Part shown: positions 28,382 to 37,746 of the stretch, one piece after another
Layout: every line of letters starts with the position of its first letter
Numbering within the stretch: position 1 is the first letter of the stretch
From: Planctomycetota bacterium
GTDB lineage: Bacteria > Planctomycetota > B15-G4
DNA: 64,000 nucleotides
NCBI GenBank assembly: GCA_965248575.1
Contig: CBDFJQ010000002.1
Coordinates: 1,472,001-1,536,000 of the forward strand
Direction: 5' to 3'
Made by a program: the position numbers and the translations under genes
Notes under the pieces: generated by a model
Seen by the model: the letters and a program-made list of their open reading frames with translations, nothing else
The model's database searches: none
What the model was told of the DNA's origin: nothing

Positions 28382-31300
28382 CAGTTCACCTTCTCGTACG
28401 GAATGATGATCGAGTCGATCAGGGGCGGCTGAGTCGAAGACGGCGCCACGCCGAAACTGGCCCGGAACTTCACGAAGGTGTACTGATCATCGGGGCCACT
28501 GAGGAGCGCGCTGAAGTCAGGTTCATCCGAACGGACGTAGCCGGATTCCAACTGGGCCACCGCAAAATCCAGCTGCCGACCAGCGCGGAAATCCACCGCC
28601 AGGGAAGCGAGGGGGTCCACACTGCTGAGGGGCGGGTTGATGATCGGACGCTGGTAGCGGACCGTTGCGCCGTCGACCTCCAACGTAGGCGACTCGATGA
28701 TGGACACGCGCTTGCGGTACTTCCACATCATGTAGTAGCGCGCGTTGTCGCCGTATCTCGAAGGGGGCGCCGTCATGCCAGGTTCGTTGCTCAACACGTT
28801 CGGGTTGTTCGAGAACGCGAGGGCGATGGGAATCTGGAGGTTGCAAGAGACGGCCGCCGGAACGCCATAGCCAAACCAGAAGGTCGGAGGCTGACCGTTC
28901 GGACCCGGGTACGACGTGGGATCCGGGAGCGGGTTGATGAGCGCACCGCTCGCAAAGTAGAAATTCGATTCTGGATTGCTGTTCGGCGTCGGAAGAGTGG
29001 CCAGGCAGCCGTTGCCGTCCAGGACACCGTCGTTTGCATCCCGAGAGGTCTGCAGCAAGTTACCGTCGATGTCACGGGGCGGGGTGATGTAGGCCAACGG
29101 TAGCTGGGTCGGCATGCCGTTGTGCTGCTCTTGCGGCGTCACAGGCGAGCTGTAGCAACCGGGCTTCAAGAGCGGCCCACCCTCACCCGCAGGCAGGAAG
29201 TTGCCGCTGTTGATCGTGACATTGGCCACGCCGTGGGCCGCCGGATGCTGCCCCTGGCTCCAGATGCGGAAGCGCGGCAGCACCGAGGTCAGGATGCCCG
29301 GCGAGAAGCGGTAGAGGTTGGTGGGAGGCGGCGACGCGTTCGGTCCGATCGAGTATTCGATCAGCATCGGGAAGCGGCTGTCGTAGGGGAACGAGAAGAC
29401 GTTCGGATCCTCGAAGAACGGGTCGAACCCTGCGTTGAAGGTGGGGTAGTCCAGATACTGGTTGAATGTTCCCGCGCCAGAACCCGAGTTCGAGGGCTTG
29501 AACAAGTTGGTCGAGTTGATCGTGTAGGGCGTGCCCTTCTTGACCACGACTGTCGTGTCGGGCTGCGGAAACTCCGCCAACTGTGCCTGGAAGTTGGGCG
29601 TCAGTGTCTCGTTGCAGTTCTGCCAGAAATCGAGTTGGTTGCAATCGAAGTGCCGCTTCAGCCCGCTGTTGCCGTTGGCGGGAATCCCGTTGGTCTGATT
29701 CGTATCCGGCCCGCGCCCACCGTTCATGCCGCTGAGTCCAACCAGCAGCTCGAAGTCATCCAGAACCGTCGGTAGCAAGGGGTCGTTGAAAGGCGACCAG
29801 GCCAAACCCACCAGGTCCAACACGACGCCCGTGAAGTCGCTCTTGGCTGGAGAAGCATCACCCGGTCGATAGATGTGCTGAAAACGCGCACCGTAGGCGG
29901 AGTTGATGGGAGTACTCACACCAAAGCCGAGGGAGATCAGGAAGTCCTCGCCATTGGGCGAAGACACCGGCGACGGCTTCGGGGGGTTGTTGTCGTCAAT
30001 CAGATGTTGGATGACCGAAGCAGGAGCACCTGTCAGGCGTCCGGGGATGTTGAGGCCGACCTCCACCACCTGTGGGCCGTAGATGAAACGGCGATCGATG
30101 GTCCCGTCGTTGTCCTCGTCGATCGGCGGAAAGTCCTTGAACTCCACGCCCGCCACTACGGTGTCGTGAACCACGCCCGTCGGGTAGCTGAACAGCGACG
30201 TCTGCGCCTGCCCCTGGAAGCGGTGCACCACGACCCCATAGTCGATGTCGCTCGAAGCCTGGGTCTCGAAGACCATGGACACATCCACGGCTGGCGGGAA
30301 CGGCCCACGCGCAGGGCTGGTGGAAGACAGGAAGAAGTTCTCGTTGTCGCCTTGATCCAGCAGGGCCGGCGGCAAACCGAAGCCTCGTCCGCCGAGGTCG
30401 ATGCAACCTGCAACGCCGAGGTCTTGGAGGTCCAGCAACTGGGCCAGAACGGCGCCCGTTGCCGTGTCCTTGAGCTCGCTGATGGTGACTTCAGATGGCA
30501 GCGTCCTGAGCACGAGCCGCAACTGGCTGGCTGTCCCACCAAACCCGATGAAGCGCGAGTTGGTCGGATCCACCTGATCTTCGAGGTAGGGTTGGAACTC
30601 GATGGCAGAGCCGTTGTCGAAGGCAACTGAGCGCCCGACGCGCATGGACTCGAAGGCGGGGTCGGTGACCGGCAGGGAGCCGTCGGTGATGTAGAACGTC
30701 TCGTAGGGGTTGAAGCTGTCGACGTCCATCCCCTCGCTGAACTGGATGCGCAAGGATGTGCGCGGGGGGACGCTCAGGAAGGTCCCGGTGGCGGAGTTCC
30801 AGCGATCCAGATGTTCCACGCCGTCTTCGCCGAACATTCGCACGAAGTACCGCAGGTCGCTGTTGAACTGATCCTGCGGGTCGAAGGGGTCACGCGGCAC
30901 ACTGACCGGGTCCACCGTGATGGCCGCCAAGGCCGCAGGCGAGCTCGGGAATGGCGGCGGAATGGGCTCGAAGAACTCGGTACGAGAGACGACGTAGGCA
31001 TCTCCCACGCTCACGGAAGGGTCCAGGAACTCGGACGCCTCCAAGCGGAAGACAGCGGTTCCCGCCTCGTTCCGGTTGGACTCGATGACGTACTGCGTCG
31101 TCAGCCCGCCATTCGAAGTGATCTCCACGAGGGCGTTGGCCCACTCGCCCAAGCCTGCATTGGCCGAGACGTTCGGCAAGACACCAAGAGTGGAATCGCG
31201 CAGCTCAACCTGGCCGCCCACGGAACCAAACGATGCCAAGACACCCGACGCTTCGACGGGGCGCACGATGCGCGGAGAGGTGACGTCTGGAAGGAACCCA

Positions 31301-32109
31301 TTGAAGGTCACCTTGCCCGTGTCGGTCTGCAGGATGATGGCGTCCAGCGCCGCGTTGCCCGGGTTCATCGGGAACGGGCGGAACGTGCTCCCCAACTTGT
31401 CAGGGCGCGTCTTGAACGGGAGACCCGTATCCGACACGAGCGCGCCGGCACCGACTCCCGACCCCATCACGATGCGCATGAAGCCGCTGATGTCCTCCAC
31501 GACGGTACCGGTCTGGTCGAACACCAGAGGGCTGGCTTCGAACCCCAAGGAGTCCTCCGTCAGCCCGATGAGAATCACACGCTTGCCATCGACGAAGCCC
31601 CGAGCAGGCACCAACTCGCCCGTCTTGCGCAGAATCTGAATCGTGCTCTGCGAACCCATGAGGTTGGTCTCGCCAGCTTCGGGGTTCAGCAAGTTGACAC
31701 TCGGTGCGGACACCGGCATCGAGAACTCGAGAACCAAGGCGGCGTTGCGTGGAATCAACGGAACCTGCGGGGTGAGCGGATCGAGGATCTGCGCCAGGTT
31801 GAGACTCGCCAAGGACGTCAGGGACGTGCCGGCGTTCAACACCTTTGGGAAGCCCGGAAGGCCAATGCCCGTCAGGGGATCGATCTCGAACAAGGACGCG
31901 GGATTGACGAGGTCCGTCAACGAGCCGGACAGGTCCAGGATGGGTCGACCGAAGGAGGCACCCGTCAGGAAGAAGTCCACGGCCGGATCCAACGCGGTGG
32001 AATCAACCGGCGTCCCATCCTTGCTCCCGCCTCCGCCACCGCCGCCGCAAGCAACGAGCAAGGCCAGGAAGCCTGCCAAGCAAGCTCGGCTCAGGTTGGA
32101 TCTCGACAT
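28381..32109 (-). CDS. Giant lipoprotein (about 1242 aa) with Ig-like domains
   Basis: Lipobox LLVA-C plus 7 Gly; PRNAALVLEFSMPV and PRTSLRIQFSEGMDVDS Ig-like motifs; start trimmed to ATG 32109. Confidence 0.87.
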   Translation of the reverse strand: MSRSNLSRACLAGFLALLVACGGGGGGGSKDGTPVDSTALDPAVDFFLTGASFGRPILDLSGSLTDLVNPASLFEIDPLTGIGLPGFPKVLNAGTSLTSLASLNLAQILDPLTPQVPLIPRNAALVLEFSMPVSAPSVNLLNPEAGETNLMGSQSTIQILRKTGELVPARGFVDGKRVILIGLTEDSLGFEASPLVFDQTGTVVEDISGFMRIVMGSGVGAGALVSDTGLPFKTRPDKLGSTFRPFPMNPGNAALDAIILQTDTGKVTFNGFLPDVTSPRIVRPVEASGVLASFGSVGGQVELRDSTLGVLPNVSANAGLGEWANALVEITSNGGLTTQYVIESNRNEAGTAVFRLEASEFLDPSVSVGDAYVVSRTEFFEPIPPPFPSSPAALAAITVDPVSVPRDPFDPQDQFNSDLRYFVRMFGEDGVEHLDRWNSATGTFLSVPPRTSLRIQFSEGMDVDSFNPYETFYITDGSLPVTDPAFESMRVGRSVAFDNGSAIEFQPYLEDQVDPTNSRFIGFGGTASQLRLVLRTLPSEVTISELKDTATGAVLAQLLDLQDLGVAGCIDLGGRGFGLPPALLDQGDNENFFLSSTSPARGPFPPAVDVSMVFETQASSDIDYGVVVHRFQGQAQTSLFSYPTGVVHDTVVAGVEFKDFPPIDEDNDGTIDRRFIYGPQVVEVGLNIPGRLTGAPASVIQHLIDDNNPPKPSPVSSPNGEDFLISLGFGVSTPINSAYGARFQHIYRPGDASPAKSDFTGVVLDLVGLAWSPFNDPLLPTVLDDFELLVGLSGMNGGRGPDTNQTNGIPANGNSGLKRHFDCNQLDFWQNCNETLTPNFQAQLAEFPQPDTTVVVKKGTPYTINSTNLFKPSNSGSGAGTFNQYLDYPTFNAGFDPFFEDPNVFSFPYDSRFPMLIEYSIGPNASPPPTNLYRFSPGILTSVLPRFRIWSQGQHPAAHGVANVTINSGNFLPAGEGGPLLKPGCYSSPVTPQEQHNGMPTQLPLAYITPPRDIDGNLLQTSRDANDGVLDGNGCLATLPTPNSNPESNFYFASGALINPLPDPTSYPGPNGQPPTFWFGYGVPAAVSCNLQIPIALAFSNNPNVLSNEPGMTAPPSRYGDNARYYMMWKYRKRVSIIESPTLEVDGATVRYQRPIINPPLSSVDPLASLAVDFRAGRQLDFAVAQLESGYVRSDEPDFSALLSGPDDQYTFVKFRASFGVAPSSTQPPLIDSIIIPYEKVN

Positions 32110-32246
32110 GGGGTCACTCCACAAGATCGGGGCACAGCGGGCACGAACGTCCCAGCAGCCCGTCTTCGAGCAAGCGCTCGAAGGGGTCGAAATGGCTGCC
32201 TGTTCGTTCGGGGTCTTCGGGGTCCTCAAAACGGCGTGAACTCCGT

Positions 32247-33341
32247 TCAGCGTACCTTTTCATTGCCGTTCCCGCTTCGACGAACGGGCGGCTGGGAGAC
32301 TGACAATCCCAGGGCGATCCGCAACATTTGACGCTGGGCTGTGTCGATCGGTGCGAGCACATCCGCCGCTGCCCCACCCGTGAGACCGAGCGCGGCGGAG
32401 ATCCGGGCCCGGAGAGCGGGCACACCTGCCCCAGTTTCCCCTGAAACCCCTGGTACCGCAGGGTTTCCATCCATATGAGCCCGGCCTCCAAGCCCGGCGG
32501 CGAGATCGGCCTTGCCGCGCACACGCAGCACAGCCACCCCTGCCTCCAAGCCCGTCAGGGGTGGGTCCTGCCCGGAATTCACGAGCTGAATCAGCAGGTC
32601 AGCTCCCGGCCGCTTGGCCTCCTCGGCGGAGCCCCCCTCGGTATCCTCGAGCGTGAGCTCGACTCCATCGAGCTGGATCCGCGCCGAGACCGTGTCCCTG
32701 GTCGTCCCCGCCACGGGGGAAACGAGGGCCCGGGGCTCCAAGAGCAGCGCGTTGAACAGCGTGCTCTTGCCAGCGTTTGGGGTGCCCACCAGCCGTACGG
32801 TGGGCGCTGTCGCCAATCGATCAGCGAGGCGAGCGTGGGCCAGGACGCCCTGTGCGCGCCGGGCCAAGACGGGATTCAACGAGCCCCCGGGGTGCCCGCC
32901 CAGGAACTCGTGGATGGCGGCGACCAGAGCGTGGACGTGACCGTGTCGCGCACTGGCCCATGCCCTGCAGGCGCGGAGGCTTGTGGGTGCCGGTCCATGC
33001 AGCGCCTGACGGCCGTCCACGGGCGAGCTAGCCCGCCGCCCCAGAGCCCCCCGCGCGGCCTCCAGCAGAGACGTCTCGACCCGGGACTGCACACCAGGAC
33101 TTCCGTGCACATGGAGCTCCACGCCGGAGACCACCCCGAGGGCGATCACATCGTCGAGAACTTCACCACCCACACACAGTCGCGCACGGAGGAAACACTC
33201 GGGATCGGGCCACGACACGGGTCGGCCTTGCGCATCGACCAGCGTGACGTGCTCAAAGTCGGAGCTCGATGGAGTCGGCCGCAACTGCAGCACGGCCACG
33301 GCACCCTGGCCCCGCGGAGTGAGCAGACGCACGTCGGCCAC
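32247..33341 (-). CDS. MnmE/TrmE-like GTPase, short and divergent
   Basis: LLTPRGQGAVAV, ELHVHGS, GTPNAGKSTLFNAL and GTTRD motifs; lacks the C-terminal FCxGK motif. Confidence 0.75.
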   Translation of the reverse strand: MADVRLLTPRGQGAVAVLQLRPTPSSSDFEHVTLVDAQGRPVSWPDPECFLRARLCVGGEVLDDVIALGVVSGVELHVHGSPGVQSRVETSLLEAARGALGRRASSPVDGRQALHGPAPTSLRACRAWASARHGHVHALVAAIHEFLGGHPGGSLNPVLARRAQGVLAHARLADRLATAPTVRLVGTPNAGKSTLFNALLLEPRALVSPVAGTTRDTVSARIQLDGVELTLEDTEGGSAEEAKRPGADLLIQLVNSGQDPPLTGLEAGVAVLRVRGKADLAAGLGGRAHMDGNPAVPGVSGETGAGVPALRARISAALGLTGGAAADVLAPIDTAQRQMLRIALGLSVSQPPVRRSGNGNEKVR

Positions 33342-33346
33342 CGCGC

Positions 33347-34234
33347 TCAGCCAGCGTCCGTGGTTCGGGCGGACCGGTCCCTGTCAGCCCACGCCCGAAT
33401 CCCACGATGGACCAGGGCCGCATCCCAGCGGCCTGTCGAGGAGTGACAACTCGCCTCCAACCAGGCCTGCCCCCAGCCTCCGGTGACCACGAGTCGAACT
33501 TCCGTCGTTTCAGCCCCTCCTGGCGACGCGGTCAGCGAAAGATGCGCCAGTGCCTGGCGCACCAGGCACTCCACACCTCCCACCGCCATGCCCCAGGCGC
33601 CCGCTGAGACGGCCCCCACCGTCTCCCGACCAAGCACCAGGGGGACCGGTTGCCCATCGTGAGCGGGCAGCGCTGGTGCGGCGGCCTTCAAGCCAGCACT
33701 GGCGACACCGGGACCGGGCCCGATGAATCCTCCCTGGAACACTCCTCGCTCATCCACGACGTCCACGGTGACCGCCGTACCCGCATCCACGATCACGCAG
33801 GGAGCCGCCGACAAGGCGTATTCGCCCCCGGCGCTGACGGCGCCCAGAGCAGCCGCAAACCGATCCGCACCGACTGTCGTCAACAAGCGATCGTCGGCCA
33901 CATCCAGGGGAGCTCCTTGAAGCAGCGCCAACTGAATGGTTTCGCGAGCATCGCCGGTCCGGACCTCGCGCCGCCCCTGCTCGACGGGCATGCCGCTCTG
34001 TTGCTCAAGCCGTTCGGCGAGTTCATCCCACCGCTGACGAGCGACGGCGATGCCCACGGCGCGGCACGGAAGCTGCCGGTCCACGAGCAGGACCTGGGCC
34101 GCGGCGGCCGGGCTGGAGACCCGCGTCAACTCCACACCTGCCGACGTCCAACAACCGATGCCAATGGAGGAATTCCCCACATCGATACTGAGCAGCTCCG
34201 GCACCTGCTCCGCCGAATTGCCCGTCCGTGTCAC
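33347..34234 (-). CDS. coaX: Type III pantothenate kinase
   Basis: IDVGNS, VGADR, VDAGTAVTVD, GGFIGPG and VVTGG motifs. Confidence 0.92.
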   Translation of the reverse strand: MTRTGNSAEQVPELLSIDVGNSSIGIGCWTSAGVELTRVSSPAAAAQVLLVDRQLPCRAVGIAVARQRWDELAERLEQQSGMPVEQGRREVRTGDARETIQLALLQGAPLDVADDRLLTTVGADRFAAALGAVSAGGEYALSAAPCVIVDAGTAVTVDVVDERGVFQGGFIGPGPGVASAGLKAAAPALPAHDGQPVPLVLGRETVGAVSAGAWGMAVGGVECLVRQALAHLSLTASPGGAETTEVRLVVTGGWGQAWLEASCHSSTGRWDAALVHRGIRAWADRDRSARTTDAG

Positions 34235-35259
34235 TGGTTGCCGGAGTAGATGACCGTCGTCTGCTCGACCCCCAAGCGCTGCCAGAGCACGTTGTACTGG
34301 GGCTCGTTCGGGTTGTTCTTGCCCCAGTTGATGGCCTCGGCCACGGACCCCATGGGATGTCCATTCACCGAGATGATGCGGTCCCCCGTCTTGAAGCCGA
34401 AGCGCGCCGGCATCGAGCCCGGCTTCACATCCGTGAGCTCGATGGACGACCGGCCACCGCCTGTCGGTGTCACCGCCCGTGCGTTGAGCTGGTTCTTCAG
34501 CGCATCGCCACTCTCAGCCATCTCATCTCGGTCGTTGGTGCCAATCAGGTAACTGCCGTCATCCCGGCGCAGCGTGTCGTCGGGCCACTCCCCGACGTCG
34601 GCCAGGAGGGCGTCCGTGTCCTTGAAGGTCACCTTGTCGATCGGCATTCCATCGCCGCTTGAATCCAAGCCGGGCGTCATGGGTACCTCGTCTTCACCCC
34701 ATTGGAAGATGACTTCCTGCTGGCCGATGCTCAGCACCTTGCCGAAGTAGGGCGCCGCGTCGTAGGGCTCGCGCAGCGGCTCGCCTTCGGTGAGATGGAG
34801 GCGCCGCTTCTTCACGCCGCCCTCCGCGTTCACGGCGGAGGAACCAGGACCTTCATTCGTGTACTCCACGGCGATCAGCCGGGACAGCGGGTCGGAACTC
34901 CACAACAGCATGCCCACCTGCACCACGTCCTCGATGGACTCGAGGATAACGACCTTGTTCTCCTCGGCCAGTTTGTCGGTCCCCTCGTCCAGCTTGATCA
35001 CTGGCTCCACCGAACCATCGATGCGCGCCAACCAGATCTGCTCATAGTCCGAGGCGGCGTAGGAGGTCGGGCCAGCGGTGAAGCTCTTGTCTCGGTCAAT
35101 GTCCCGATCCCGCACGATGTCGTAGTGGTCGTCATCCTTCGACTCGTAGCGCATCTCCTGGGTCTTGCCCATGTAGATGTCCCAGAACGTGTAGCCAGCG
35201 AGGAGCAGGGCCAGGAAGGCCGTCAGCCAGAGCAGGCTCTTGAGCTTGCGGATATTCAT
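34231..35259 (-). CDS. Membrane-anchored PDZ-domain protein (GspC-like architecture)
   Basis: Single N-terminal transmembrane helix, a beta-rich segment (LHLTEGEPL...GKVLSIGQQEVIF) and a C-terminal PDZ domain (VKPGSMPARFGFKTGDRIISVNG). Confidence 0.7.
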   Translation of the reverse strand: MNIRKLKSLLWLTAFLALLLAGYTFWDIYMGKTQEMRYESKDDDHYDIVRDRDIDRDKSFTAGPTSYAASDYEQIWLARIDGSVEPVIKLDEGTDKLAEENKVVILESIEDVVQVGMLLWSSDPLSRLIAVEYTNEGPGSSAVNAEGGVKKRRLHLTEGEPLREPYDAAPYFGKVLSIGQQEVIFQWGEDEVPMTPGLDSSGDGMPIDKVTFKDTDALLADVGEWPDDTLRRDDGSYLIGTNDRDEMAESGDALKNQLNARAVTPTGGGRSSIELTDVKPGSMPARFGFKTGDRIISVNGHPMGSVAEAINWGKNNPNEPQYNVLWQRLGVEQTTVIYSGNQ

Positions 35260-35626
35260 GCGAGGTCAGGCGCTCCTACGGTGAGTCATGGCGGACGCTC
35301 GAATCAGGGCTGCAGGGCCGGCAACCGAGCGCTTGCCGGGCCTTGGTGGGCCCGTGCGGCCCTCGATCGGCCCAGGAGTGTCCCGGGAGGCAACCCGCGG
35401 GGGGCCCAGGTTGCCGAGCCAGAGGACAGCATTCAACTGCAGCATGGAGGGGGACATGAGCCCTTGGACGGCGGAGGCGGCGGGCTCTTCCCGACTGCCC
35501 ACGCCTCCTCGATGGCTTGCGGCTCCAGGCCTGGGTGGGTTGAGGGCTCGGAAGGCCCGGTCAGGCCGCCAGCGCCCCATCGGGCCCGAAGCCCCTGGCA
35601 GAACCCCTGCCGACCCAGACCAGGGC

Positions 35627-36652
<1,026 letters not shown>

Positions 36653-36790
36653 CTACCACCGAAAGCGTGTGGAGCGGTCGCCCCTGCGCAGCCTTCCTTC
36701 AAGCAGCGCAGCAGTCGCGGCCGCCAGTCTCTGCCACAGGCCGCTTTGCCGGAGGCCCGGCGCAGCCGTGGAGAGCCCAGATCGCTCCGG

Positions 36791-37045
36791 TCAGGAAGCG
36801 ATGGCGATCGGGTCGATGTGCACGCGACGACGGGTGCCAAAGCGGACGACGCCATCGGTCAGCGCGAACAAGGTGTAGTCCCGACCGAGACCCACGTTGA
36901 ATCCAGGATGGAACTTCGTGCCCAACTGCCGCACGAGGATGGTTCCGGCCTTCACCGTCTGCCCACCGTAACGCTTCACACCGCGGTGCTGCGGGTTGCT
37001 GTCGCGGCCGTTGCGTGTGGAGCCCTGCCCCTTCTTATGTGCCAT
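36791..37045 (-). CDS. rpmA: 50S ribosomal protein L27
   Basis: [17 protein letters not shown]-terminus. Confidence 0.98.
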   Translation of the reverse strand: MAHKKGQGSTRNGRDSNPQHRGVKRYGGQTVKAGTILVRQLGTKFHPGFNVGLGRDYTLFALTDGVVRFGTRRRVHIDPIAIAS

Positions 37046-37149
37046 GTTTTGTGTCGCCTACTTTTGAATGCTTCCGAACACGGTCCGAACTCGAGGGGAG
37101 CGCTCGAAGCTACGAGCACCCAAGCGAGCCGGCCCACAACGGAAAGGGC

Positions 37150-37452
37150 TTACTGGGAAATGGAAGTGATCTTCAAGCGGGTCAGCTTCTGACGATGTCC
37201 GGCGCGGCGCTTGTAGTCCTTGCGACGCCGAAACTTCTCCACGAGGATCTTCTTGTCGCGGAAGTGCTCGTCAACAACACCCTTAACGACAGCGCCTTCG
37301 ACCGTGGGCTTGCCGAAGGTCTGCCCTACCGCGAGCACACGATCGAAAAGCACCTCGCCGCCGGGCTCGATTTCGGGCATGTGGTCGACCACGAGCGAGT
37401 CGCCGTCATGGACGACGTACTGACGTCCGCGATCATTGATGATGGCCTGCAC
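37150..37452 (-). CDS. rplU: 50S ribosomal protein L21
   Basis: AIINDRGRQYVV and KFRRRKDYKRRAGHRQ motifs; start GTG 37452. Confidence 0.96.
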   Translation of the reverse strand: MQAIINDRGRQYVVHDGDSLVVDHMPEIEPGGEVLFDRVLAVGQTFGKPTVEGAVVKGVVDEHFRDKKILVEKFRRRKDYKRRAGHRQKLTRLKITSISQ

Positions 37453-37746
37453 GGCTGCACTCCGCTGCGTGTTCTCGATTGGTTGGGCAGGAACTGCCCA
37501 GCCGCTCATTCGAGTCTTGGGTCCGCCCCACGCGGTTGCGGGGGCCGGGGTCTTCGAGCCTGCATCTTGCGGACACGAAGGCGACCCATCGTACGGACGG
37601 GCCGGTGGTGGTCAAGCTGCCCCTGGGGGCCTTTCTGGGAGCCGACCCGCCTCAGGCCGGCCCCACGAGCCCCTCCCCAACTCCTGGGAGGGGCTCGTGG
37701 GCAAGAACCAGCCTGGCGACAGGGGTGCCTTGAGAGTCAGGGAGGG

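Noticed and set aside
16194..32109. Giant proteins as RTX toxins, autotransporters, PE-PGRS or phage tail fibres
   Set aside because: No GGxGxDxL nonapeptide arrays, no evident C-terminal beta-barrel, no PE domain and no phage genes; all have lipoprotein signal peptides.
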